Shown here one piece after another: positions 28,171 through 36,090 of a stretch of DNA of 36,090 nt (its first letter is position 1; each line of letters begins with the position of its first letter). The stretch is taken from the sequence record SRR31156797_208. One strand, written 5' to 3'. The position numbers and the translations under genes were made by a program. The notes under the pieces are model-generated. The model had not been told where the DNA came from. It ran no database searches and worked only from the letters and a program-made list of their open reading frames with translations.

Positions 28171-29100
28171 ATGGAAGTATCAAACCCAAGGGACTATATC
28201 GGCTACGGCCGTGACAATGTTCCTGACGCTCAATGGCCAAACAACGCAAAAATCGCTGTGCAATTCGTTCTGAACTATGAAGAAGGAGGGGAAAACTGTG
28301 TTCTGCACGGAGATTCTCATTCAGAAATCTTCCTTTCAGAAATAGCAGGCGCTGAACCCTATCCAGAACGCCATATGAGCATGGAATCCCTTTATGAATA
28401 CGGCTCTAGAGCGGGTGTTTGGCGGATACTAAATGAATTCAAACGTCGCGAACTGCCTCTAACCGTATTTGGCGTTGCTACTGCGCTTCAACGCAACCCT
28501 GAAGTGACCAAAGCCATTATTGAAGACGGTCATGAAATTGCTTGCCACGGTTTGAAATGGATTCACTATCAGCACATGCCAATTAAGCAAGAGCGTGAAC
28601 ATATGCGTCAGGCTTTGGACATTATCGAAAATTTAACGGGTAAGCGACCAATCGGCTGGTATACCGGTCGTGATTCGCCCAACACTCGAGAACTGGTCGC
28701 TGAGCAAAGCGGACTTTTATACGATTCAGACTACTACGGTGATGATCTCCCCTTCTGGACTCAGGTCGAAGACAAGAAGCATCCGGATGAGACACGACCA
28801 CATTTGATCGTACCTTACACACTGGATACGAATGACATGCGTTTTTCTTCTCCGTATGGATTTAGCCATGGCGAAGAGTTCTTCCAGTACTTGAAAGAGA
28901 ATTTCGATTGTTTGTATGAAGAAGGCAAAGAAAAACCGAAAATGATGTCCGTCGGTTTACACTGCCGAGTCATAGGTAAGCCTAGCCGCTTTATGGCACT
29001 TAAGAAATTCCTCGATTACATTCAATCTCATGAAGGGGTTTGGGTGGCAACGCGTGAACAGATCGCTCGTCACTGGATTGAGCACCATCCCCCTAAATAA
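28171..29100 (+). CDS. puuE: Metal-independent allantoinase PuuE (polysaccharide deacetylase fold)
   Basis: PRD.IGYG, VLNYEEGGEN, MESLYEYGSRAG, CHGLKW, GWYTGRDSPNT, PYTLDTNDMRF, GLHCR, IARHW; AAGGA RBS. Confidence 0.95.
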   Translation: MEVSNPRDYIGYGRDNVPDAQWPNNAKIAVQFVLNYEEGGENCVLHGDSHSEIFLSEIAGAEPYPERHMSMESLYEYGSRAGVWRILNEFKRRELPLTVFGVATALQRNPEVTKAIIEDGHEIACHGLKWIHYQHMPIKQEREHMRQALDIIENLTGKRPIGWYTGRDSPNTRELVAEQSGLLYDSDYYGDDLPFWTQVEDKKHPDETRPHLIVPYTLDTNDMRFSSPYGFSHGEEFFQYLKENFDCLYEEGKEKPKMMSVGLHCRVIGKPSRFMALKKFLDYIQSHEGVWVATREQIARHWIEHHPPK

Positions 29101-29115
29101 TATTGAAGACATTAA

Positions 29116-29141
29116 AATGCCACTGATTAGTCAGTGGCATT
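29116..29141. terminator. Hairpin terminator between convergent puuE and DUF3299 genes
   Basis: AATGCCACTGA-TTAG-TCAGTGGCATT. Confidence 0.8.
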
Positions 29142-29159
29142 GATACTGACTATCGATAA

Positions 29160-29705
29160 TTAAGACTGTGAATCTTCGTAATCTTCGACGCCCACACCAT
29201 CAATCAAATAGCCGGCCTGCCCTAAATCGGATTCGACCATTTCTACATTGAGTTGACCAACGATGTAAACCACGTCCCAAAGCCCCTGCAACGGTACTCC
29301 TTTATCAAACTTTACATATAAGATTTGATTGGGTGGCGGTGGCGGTACATGAATACATGCCCCAAAATACGGCACTAATAGCAGTTCTGTGACCACCTCA
29401 TCATCCCCTTCCAAAGGGATAACAAAGCCCGGAATACGAACCTGCTTACCATCGAGGTCGGTTCGAAACCCACCCGCTATATTTTGCGGTGGCGTATCAC
29501 TTTCATGATCAATCGGCACCGGACTGCGTGGCAAAATACCATTACGCTCACTTTCTGGGATCAAGTCTCTCCAATCTAAAGTAATGACCTCAGTTTGAGA
29601 TTTGACTGACTCTTCTTTAGCAAAAGCAACCGTAGTGTTTCCGACTAACAGCGGCAATCCGGCCAATGCAACAAGCCCCGCCCTTTTTAATAAGTTCGTT
29701 TTCAT
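29160..29705 (-). CDS. DUF3299-domain exported protein (ZrgD-like)
   Basis: Signal peptide; LDWRDLIP, VRIPGFVIPLE, LLVPYFGACIHVPPPPPNQI. Confidence 0.88.
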   Translation of the reverse strand: MKTNLLKRAGLVALAGLPLLVGNTTVAFAKEESVKSQTEVITLDWRDLIPESERNGILPRSPVPIDHESDTPPQNIAGGFRTDLDGKQVRIPGFVIPLEGDDEVVTELLLVPYFGACIHVPPPPPNQILYVKFDKGVPLQGLWDVVYIVGQLNVEMVESDLGQAGYLIDGVGVEDYEDSQS

Positions 29706-29779
29706 AAGTAGTAATTTCAGATAGAAACATCATTTATTGTGACTACCAAATCTATCTCTCACATAAGACAGCAATATTA

Positions 29780-29823
29780 CAATCATAAAAACTTCACGAA
29801 CCGGTAACGCGTTATTCATAAAT
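29780..29823 (+). promoter_or_regulatory. Degenerate Pho-box-like array
   Basis: TCAT/TCAC/TAAC/TCAT at 29783, 29794, 29805 and 29816 (exact 11-bp period) upstream of the phosphatase. Confidence 0.4.
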
Positions 29824-29915
29824 TTATTAGGTAATTGAACTAGGTTAAGCCCTTGAACAATAAGCGCAAGTGACCTCAGCATATGGATAATCGAATAAAC
29901 AATTGGAGCCTATTC

Positions 29916-31406
29916 GTGAATAGTAAAAAACTTCTATTAGTCAGTGGTATTTTGGCAGCCCTAGCAGGTTGCTCTACGCAAGGTCAGACAGCGGGCGTGG
30001 ATGCCCCTCAGAAAGACGATATTTGGTTTAAACAAGCACAAGACGATATTGCAAAAGCAAAAGCGAACTTGCCTATCGATAAGCCAGCTAAAAACGTTAT
30101 CTTGTTTGTGGGTGACGGAATGAGCGTAGGTACAATTACCGCTGCACGTATATTTGAAGGTCAACGACGTGGATTAATGGGTGAAGAGTACAAGCTCAAC
30201 ATGGAAAGCATGCCAAATATGGCTCTAGCAAAAACCTACAACACCAATGCGCAAACACCAGACTCAGCCGGCACCGCTTCCGCGATGGTTACGGGTGTTA
30301 AAACCAAACAAGGCGTAATCAGTGTTGATGACAACGTTCAACGTGGTTTCTGTAACACAGTAAAAGACAATGAAGCTAAAACAGCATGGGAAATGGCCGC
30401 TGAAAAAGGTATGTCAGTCGGTGTTGTTTCTTCAGCTCGTATTACTCACGCTACCCCAGCAACCACTTACGCTCACTCAGCAGACCGTAACTGGGAAAAT
30501 GATGCTTCTATGCCGAACATCGCTAAAAACCAAGGCTGTGTAGACATAGCGCAACAGCTTATTAGCTTTAACGACGGCAAAGGTATGGATGTGGTATTCG
30601 GTGGTGGCCGCCGTGAATTCCTTCCTGTTGACGTTGTCGACCCAGAAGGTAAAAAAGGTAAGCGTAAAGACGGTCAGAATCTGGTTTCAAAATGGCAAGC
30701 TCAACACCCAGATGGCCAGTATGTTTATGACCAAAACGGTTTCGACAGCATCCCTGCTGATGCAAAAAAAGTATTTGGTTTATTTGAAAGCAGCCACATG
30801 AAGTATGAAGCTGACCGCCGCGACGGTGAACCTTCTCTCGCTGATATGACTTCGAAAGCGATTGATGTTCTCTCTCAAAACGAAGACGGATTTGTGTTAA
30901 TGGTTGAAGCTGGTCGTATTGACCACGCTCACCACGCCGGTAATGCCGCGCGTGCGCTATGGGACACGATTGCTTATGACGATGCGATCAAAGCAGCACT
31001 AGACAAAACCAATCCTGAAGAGACGTTAATCATTGTGACTGCGGACCATGCACACACATTGATCTCTAATGGATATGCAGAACGCGGCAACCCTATCTTG
31101 GGCTTATCGAAATCTAACGGTAAACTGAGCGTTGATGCTTACGGTAAAAACTACACCACATTAAGCTACGGTAACGGCCCAGGTGCAGTGGCAAAAGGTG
31201 GTGAAGAACGACCAAACCCGACTCAAGAAGAAGTGTTAGGCCTAGATTATCTGCAGCAGTCTCTAATCAAAATGGATTCAGAAACTCACTCAGGTGAAGA
31301 CGTGGCGATTTTTGCTCGTGGTCCTCAAGCTTACCTTTTCCAAGGTGCTGTTGAGCAAAACTACATTTTCCACGTGATGAATGAAGCGCTAGGCTTAGCA
31401 AAATAA
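29916..31406 (+). CDS. Alkaline phosphatase (PhoA family), predicted lipoprotein
   Basis: GDGM, catalytic Ser in PDSAGT, THATPA, VEAGRIDHAHH, TADH, HSGEDV; lipobox LAGC; GTG 29916 after GGAG preferred over ATG 29883. Confidence 0.94.
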   Translation: MNSKKLLLVSGILAALAGCSTQGQTAGVDAPQKDDIWFKQAQDDIAKAKANLPIDKPAKNVILFVGDGMSVGTITAARIFEGQRRGLMGEEYKLNMESMPNMALAKTYNTNAQTPDSAGTASAMVTGVKTKQGVISVDDNVQRGFCNTVKDNEAKTAWEMAAEKGMSVGVVSSARITHATPATTYAHSADRNWENDASMPNIAKNQGCVDIAQQLISFNDGKGMDVVFGGGRREFLPVDVVDPEGKKGKRKDGQNLVSKWQAQHPDGQYVYDQNGFDSIPADAKKVFGLFESSHMKYEADRRDGEPSLADMTSKAIDVLSQNEDGFVLMVEAGRIDHAHHAGNAARALWDTIAYDDAIKAALDKTNPEETLIIVTADHAHTLISNGYAERGNPILGLSKSNGKLSVDAYGKNYTTLSYGNGPGAVAKGGEERPNPTQEEVLGLDYLQQSLIKMDSETHSGEDVAIFARGPQAYLFQGAVEQNYIFHVMNEALGLAK

Positions 31407-31432
31407 CCGTTTATCGTTTCATAAATAAAAAC

Positions 31433-31463
31433 AATAAAGCCGGAGATAAACTCCGGCTTTATT
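31433..31463. terminator. Bidirectional intrinsic terminator
   Basis: AATAAAGCCGGAG-ATAAA-CTCCGGCTTTATT. Confidence 0.88.
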
Positions 31464-31483
31464 TTAAATAACGATTTATCTAG

Positions 31484-32299
31484 CTAACCATCGAGCAAAG
31501 CCATTTCTGGCTCTTTAACTTTTACAGGATAGTGATAAAAACCTAACTGCTCAGAAACTTTTTTGCACGAACAATGAAGCATTTCGACGTATTGATGTTT
31601 CACGTCCTCATCATAACGAATGGTGGGCACAGAAATAGATAAACCCGCAATAATATTACCCATTCGATCATAAATTGGTGCCGCCAAACATCGGATGCCG
31701 TGCTCTTGCTCTTCCAAACCTTCGGAATAGTGCTGCTCTCGGATCACTTTGAGTGCTTCGATAACCTGCTCAATGTTTTCCATCGTGTTTGCCGTATGCT
31801 TGACGAACTCCACTTTTTTTAAGAGCACGCTGACCGCTTCATTCTCTAAACCTGACAAAAGCATCTTACCAATTGCAGTACTATATAAAGGTCGAGGTCG
31901 GCCGATATCAGAGTGAGTGATCAAATTATACCGAGCATCAATCTTATGAGTGTGCACAAAGTATTCTTCTTCTAAAACACCGAGATGGACAGCTTCTCCG
32001 GTCATCTCAGAGATCGCGACCATTTCTTTATCAGCGATGTCTTCAAGGTCAATGTGTTCTAATGATCGAGAACCAAGCTCAAAAAGTTTAAGCGTGAGGG
32101 AATAATCCTCTCCTTCTTTAATGACATAACCAAGTGTGACCATGGTTTCAAGAAAGTGGATAGTTTTCGCTTTGGACATCATTAGGCGTTGTGATAATTC
32201 AGATACGCCATGTTTTTTATCTTCGCCCAAAGCCTGCAAAATAGTGAACACCTTCAATACTGAAGAGACTTGTTCAGGTAATGTGGCTTTTTCTGTCAT
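31484..32299 (-). CDS. kdgR: IclR-family regulator, KdgR-like
   Basis: VSSVLKVF.ILQALGE, YSLTLKLFELG, PLYSTAIGK, EEQE.GIRCLAAPIYDR; divergent from kduD. Confidence 0.8.
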   Translation of the reverse strand: MTEKATLPEQVSSVLKVFTILQALGEDKKHGVSELSQRLMMSKAKTIHFLETMVTLGYVIKEGEDYSLTLKLFELGSRSLEHIDLEDIADKEMVAISEMTGEAVHLGVLEEEYFVHTHKIDARYNLITHSDIGRPRPLYSTAIGKMLLSGLENEAVSVLLKKVEFVKHTANTMENIEQVIEALKVIREQHYSEGLEEQEHGIRCLAAPIYDRMGNIIAGLSISVPTIRYDEDVKHQYVEMLHCSCKKVSEQLGFYHYPVKVKEPEMALLDG

Positions 32300-32363
32300 A
32301 TCTTTTTAACTATTTATTAATAACTTTGCTTATTGTAACAGCTTTAATATGAACCATCATTAA

Positions 32364-32452
32364 TTTTAAAATGCTATTTTGTTTTTTGAAAAATTGCCAT
32401 TGCAGAGCAAAAGTTAGAAGTGAGTAGAAATTTTTGAAATGGCCTTTCATTT
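32364..32452. promoter_or_regulatory. Two KdgR-box-like sites in the kdgR-kduD spacer
   Basis: TTTTAAAATGCTATTTTGTTT (32364-32384) and TTTTGAAATGGCCTTTCATTT (32432-32452; TGAAA-N5-TTTCA). Confidence 0.55.
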
Positions 32453-32549
32453 TTAATTGAAGAGAGATTTTTTTTTTGTTATGTTTACTGCACATGATGA
32501 TCAGGGCGTTCCTGTTCATATTTAATTAGGTACGTTGAGGAAAAAAGTA

Positions 32550-33311
32550 ATGATTCTTGATTCATTTGATGTGAAAGGTAAAGTTGCAATCGTAACTGGT
32601 TGTGACACTGGTCTAGGTCAAGGTATGGCTCTAGGTCTTGCACAAGCTGGTTGTGATATCGTTGGTGTTAACATTGTAGAACCAACTGAAACAATCGAAA
32701 AAATCCAAGCAACTGGCCAAAAATTCATCGACATCCGTGCGAACCTAATGAAGCTGGACGACATCCCTTCAATCGTTAGCCGTGCAGTAGAAGAACTTGG
32801 TCACGTTGATATCCTAGTAAACAACGCTGGTATCATCCGTCGTAACGACGCAATCGACTTCTCTGAGCAAGACTGGGATGATGTTATGAACATCAACATC
32901 AAGTCTGTATTCTTTATGTCTCAAGCAGTTGCTAAGCAATTCATGGCTCAAGGTAACGGCGGTAAGATCATCAACATCGCTTCTATGCTTTCTTACCAAG
33001 GCGGTATCCGTGTTCCTTCTTACACTGCTTCTAAGAGCGGCGTAATGGGTGTAACTCGTCTAATGGCGAACGAATGGGCGAAACACGGCATCAACGTTAA
33101 CGCTATCGCACCAGGTTACATGGCAACAAACAACACTGCAGCACTACGTGCAGATGCAGACCGTAACCAAGCTATCCTAGAGCGTATTCCTGCTGACCGT
33201 TGGGGTACACCTGAAGATCTAGCTGGCCCATGTGTATTCCTAGCTTCTAAAGCTTCTGATTACATCAACGGCTACACAATCGCTGTTGACGGTGGTTGGT
33301 TAGCTCGTTAA
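32550..33311 (+). CDS. kduD: 2-dehydro-3-deoxy-D-gluconate 5-dehydrogenase
   Basis: MILDSFDVKGKVAIVTGCDTGLGQGMA, NNAGIIRR, SYQGGIRVPSYTASK, GYTIAVDGGWLAR; ATG 32550 after GAGG. Confidence 0.96.
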   Translation: MILDSFDVKGKVAIVTGCDTGLGQGMALGLAQAGCDIVGVNIVEPTETIEKIQATGQKFIDIRANLMKLDDIPSIVSRAVEELGHVDILVNNAGIIRRNDAIDFSEQDWDDVMNINIKSVFFMSQAVAKQFMAQGNGGKIINIASMLSYQGGIRVPSYTASKSGVMGVTRLMANEWAKHGINVNAIAPGYMATNNTAALRADADRNQAILERIPADRWGTPEDLAGPCVFLASKASDYINGYTIAVDGGWLAR

Positions 33312-33339
33312 TCCCACTTTCTTTGGATTAAAGATAACG

Positions 33340-33489
33340 GAGAAAGTGATTGTACTGCGATCACTTTCTCTATTCTTGGATTCACACCGATGGTGTTAGT
33401 TCTAAGCGTTGACACACAGTGTTTAGAACTAACAATATATGGTTACGTTAACGTTAGTGAGCTTCTGGGGCCTTAGCCCCAAGCAGAAG
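33340..33489 (+). other. Three consecutive hairpins between kduD and the isomerase gene
   Basis: 33340-33370 (11-bp perfect stem plus wobbles); 33394-33434 (18-bp stem whose only non-Watson-Crick pairs are three G-U); 33462-33489 (TGGGGC-CTTA-GCCCCA core). Confidence 0.6.
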
Positions 33490-33540
33490 ACTGCTATAAG
33501 TTTAAAATAATATACGCAACTACGGTTGCAGGAGAATATG

Positions 33541-34179
33541 ATGAAAATTGCATTGATGATGGAAAACAGCCAAGCTGGCAAAAACGCAATGGTTCTTAAC
33601 GAACTAAACACTGTTGCGGGCCCTCTTGGTCACGATGTATTCAACGTGGGTATGAGCGATGAAGCTGATCACCACCTAACGTACATCCACCTAGGCATCA
33701 TGGCTAGCATCCTTATTAACTCTAAAGCAGTTGACTTCGTAGTTGCAGGTTGTGGTACTGGTCAAGGTGCAATGATGTCTCTTAACCTACACCCAGGTGT
33801 GGTTTGTGGTTACTGCCTAGAGCCATCTGACGCTTTCCTTTTCAACCAAATCAACAACGGTAACGCTATCGCTCTAGCATTCGCTAAAGGTTTCGGTTGG
33901 GCTGGTGAACTAAACGTTCGTTACATGTTCGAAAAAGCGTTCACTGGTGCACGTGGCGAAGGTTACCCTAAAGAGCGCGCTGAACCACAACAACGTAACG
34001 CTGGTATCCTAAACGAAGTTAAAGCGGCAGTTGCTAAAGACAACTTCCTAGATACTCTACGTTCTATCGACCAAGAACTTGTTAAAACAGCTGTTGGCGG
34101 TGCTCGCTTCCAAGAGTGCTTCTTCAACAACTGCCAAGACGCAGAAATTGAAGCTTACGTTAAGTCTCTAATCGCTTAA
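33541..34179 (+). CDS. RpiB/LacA/LacB-family isomerase, DhuI-like (4-deoxy-L-threo-5-hexosulose-uronate ketol-isomerase)
   Basis: MKIALMMENSQAGKN, LTYIHLG, GCGTGQGA, FAKGFGWAGELN, GYPKER; lies between kduD and kdgK; start 33541 (or 33538) after GGAG. Confidence 0.85.
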   Translation: MKIALMMENSQAGKNAMVLNELNTVAGPLGHDVFNVGMSDEADHHLTYIHLGIMASILINSKAVDFVVAGCGTGQGAMMSLNLHPGVVCGYCLEPSDAFLFNQINNGNAIALAFAKGFGWAGELNVRYMFEKAFTGARGEGYPKERAEPQQRNAGILNEVKAAVAKDNFLDTLRSIDQELVKTAVGGARFQECFFNNCQDAEIEAYVKSLIA

Positions 34180-34215
34180 TTGTGAGAAAATCATTTATCG
34201 GGAATAGATGATTTG

Positions 34216-34243
34216 AAGCCAACCAGTACTGGTTGGCTTTTTT
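34216..34243 (+). terminator. Intrinsic terminator
   Basis: AAGCCAACCAG-TA-CTGGTTGGCTT followed by a T-tract. Confidence 0.88.
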
Positions 34244-34391
34244 CGATTAAATATGGTCGAATATTTTATTTTTTTATAAGACAGCTGCTTTATATAACCA
34301 TATGGATAGTTGTTTTATTTTTGCTTATTACGCCTTGTTTCATTACGCGTTGCGTTCAAATCACAACACGTAATACATACGGAGTTATCCT

Positions 34392-35321
34392 ATGAACCAA
34401 ATCAAAAAAGTTGCGATCATCGGCGAATGCATGGTCGAGCTAAGAAAAAACGAAGGTGCAGTTGAACAAGGATTTGGTGGCGACACTTTAAATACTGCTG
34501 TTTACCTTTCTCGTCTTACTCAATCTGCAGGTGTTGAGACGTCTTACGTGACTGGCCTTGGTAAAGATCCTTTCAGTGCTGAAATGCTATCAGCTTGGCA
34601 ACAAGAAGGTCTTAACACAGATATGGTGTTCCTATCTGAAACTAAGTTACCGGGTATCTACACTATTCAAACTCGTGAAGACGGTGAAAGAAGCTTTTTC
34701 TACTGGCGTAATGATGCAGCAGCAAAATACTGGTTACGTGATGTTGAACTTGAAGCTCTAGAAGCGCAGCTTTGCGAACATCAAATGATTTACCTAAGCG
34801 GTATCAGTGTTGCAATTCTTCCTGAAGATTGCCTGAAGTCTCTTATCGAAGTTCTGGCTAAGTGCCGCGCTAAAGGCGTTAAAATTGCTTTCGATAATAA
34901 CTTCCGCCCTGCTCTTTGGTCTTCGATCGAAGATGCGAAGAAAGTTTACACTGAGATCCTAAAGATCACTGACATTGCTTTCCTGACTTTCGATGACGAA
35001 ATCCTACTTTGGGGTGACAGCGAAGAGAAGCAAGCAATTGAACGTACTCAAGGCTTCGGCGTTGAAGAGATTGTTGTTAAACGTGGTGCAGATGCTTGTT
35101 TCGTTATCACTAACGGTGAACAAGTCACTGTTGCAGCGAACAAAATCTCAAACGTTATCGATACTACAGCCGCAGGTGACTCGTTCAGTGCAGGTTACCT
35201 AGCGAAAAGAATTCTTGGAGGCAGCGAAGAAGAGTCTGCTTCTTCTGGTCACTTAGTGGCTGGTACTGTTATTCAACACCGTGGTGCTATCATCCCAACT
35301 AGCGCTATGCCAAAAGTTTAA
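34392..35321 (+). CDS. kdgK: 2-dehydro-3-deoxygluconokinase (PfkB family)
   Basis: IGECMVEL, GGDTLNTAVY, GERSFFYWR, FDNNFRPALW, DTTAAGDSF; GGAG RBS. Confidence 0.95.
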   Translation: MNQIKKVAIIGECMVELRKNEGAVEQGFGGDTLNTAVYLSRLTQSAGVETSYVTGLGKDPFSAEMLSAWQQEGLNTDMVFLSETKLPGIYTIQTREDGERSFFYWRNDAAAKYWLRDVELEALEAQLCEHQMIYLSGISVAILPEDCLKSLIEVLAKCRAKGVKIAFDNNFRPALWSSIEDAKKVYTEILKITDIAFLTFDDEILLWGDSEEKQAIERTQGFGVEEIVVKRGADACFVITNGEQVTVAANKISNVIDTTAAGDSFSAGYLAKRILGGSEEESASSGHLVAGTVIQHRGAIIPTSAMPKV

Positions 35322-35331
35322 GGAAGAAAAA

Positions 35332-35955
35332 ATGAAAGATTTAAACCAACAGCTATCTGAAATCAAAGTTGTTCCAGTAATCGCAATCAAAGACGCAGAC
35401 AAAGCCGTTAAACTTGCTCAAGTTCTTAGCGAAAACGGCCTACCATGTGCAGAAGTGACTTTCCGTACTGAAGCTGCTGTTCAAGCAATCAAAAACATGC
35501 GTGAAGCTTACCCAGATATGCTAATCGGTGCGGGTACTGTGCTGACAACTGCACAAGTTGACGAAGCTATCGACGCCGGTGTTGATTTCATCGTAAGCCC
35601 AGGTTTCAACCCGACTACAGTAAAATACTGTCAGCAACGTGGCGCAACTATCGTACCGGGCGTAAACAGCCCTAGCCTAGTTGAGCAAGCGATGGAAATG
35701 GGTCTGCGCACTCTTAAGTTCTTCCCAGCCGAGCCTTCAGGCGGCGTTAACATGCTTAAAGCGCTAACTGCAGTTTACCCAGTTAAATTCATGCCTACTG
35801 GCGGCGTTAGCCCGAAAAACGTTAACGACTACCTGGCAATCCCGAGCGTTCTAGCTTGTGGTGGTACTTGGATGGTTCCAAACGATCTCATCGACAACGA
35901 AAAATGGGATGAGCTAGCTGTACTCGTTAAAGAAGTCGCTAACGTTATCGCTTAA
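35332..35955 (+). CDS. eda: KDPG/KHG aldolase
   Basis: VVPVI, EVTFRT, IGAGTVL, FIVSPG, Schiff-base Lys in LKFFPAE, FMPTGGV; ATG 35332 after AAGGAAG. Confidence 0.96.
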   Translation: MKDLNQQLSEIKVVPVIAIKDADKAVKLAQVLSENGLPCAEVTFRTEAAVQAIKNMREAYPDMLIGAGTVLTTAQVDEAIDAGVDFIVSPGFNPTTVKYCQQRGATIVPGVNSPSLVEQAMEMGLRTLKFFPAEPSGGVNMLKALTAVYPVKFMPTGGVSPKNVNDYLAIPSVLACGGTWMVPNDLIDNEKWDELAVLVKEVANVIA

Positions 35956-35994
35956 TCGTATTTTTAATCCTCCTCCCTTAGAGGATTATTAATT

Positions 35995-36024
35995 AAAATG
36001 CCCGACTTTTCGTTGGGCATTTTT
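35995..36024 (+). terminator. Intrinsic terminator after eda
   Basis: AAAATGCCCGAC-TTTTC-GTTGGGCATTTTT; a smaller hairpin TAATCCTC/GAGGATTA lies just upstream. Confidence 0.82.
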
Positions 36025-36090
36025 GTATGCAGTTGTGCAAACATACTCCATTTCTCGCTCAATACCAATCTACATAAGTTTCTGTTCATT

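Noticed and set aside
28171-29100. Chitin/polysaccharide deacetylase
   Set aside because: PuuE-specific motifs and the allantoin gene context indicate allantoinase.
29765-29785. Zur box upstream of DUF3299
   Set aside because: Only one partial half-site (TGTAATA); no palindrome.
32310-32519. 69-aa ORF in the kdgR-kduD spacer
   Set aside because: Low-complexity AT-rich promoter DNA containing KdgR-like boxes.
33429-33611. 60-aa minus-strand ORF (and similarly the 34213-34395 ORF)
   Set aside because: They overlap hairpins, a terminator and operator-like DNA; no convincing RBS.
1-36090. CRISPR array, integron cassettes, prophage, IS, anti-phage system, tRNA/rRNA
   Set aside because: No repeat-spacer periodicity or attC-like repeats, and no integrase, transposase, nuclease or RNA-gene signatures seen.

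Overview
A 36 kb accessory-metabolism region that reads like a Vibrionaceae chromosome (judged from gene content and codon style, not from a database search). I see no rRNA, tRNA, CRISPR, integrase or transposase. Left to right: (1) a minus-strand CoA-transferase / SDR / thiolase operon running off the window edge; a Cache-domain sensor kinase + NarL-type regulator + LysR tricistron; and a divergent TRAP transporter, together a probable monocarboxylate sense-import-catabolise module; (2) a soluble dual-PAS chemoreceptor, an orphan acr3, ilvE, sbmA and an RND pump without an outer-membrane factor; (3) an allantoin catabolism cluster (NCS1 permease, SBF/BASS transporter, amidase, HpxW-like Ntn hydrolase, PucG-like transaminase, allantoate amidohydrolase; divergent GntR and puuE) with readable NtrC, sigma54 and GntR sites; (4) a DUF3299 gene and a lipoprotein alkaline phosphatase; (5) a kdgR-like / kduD / dhuI-like / kdgK / eda uronate block. 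The best candidates for undescribed biology are the allantoin-to-oxalate route that lacks HpxX/HpxZ and carries an extra transporter, the putative CoA-transferase route for 3-hydroxyacid catabolism, a KdgR with a changed recognition helix, and several G-U-containing intergenic RNA structures. All functional calls come from motif recognition by eye.
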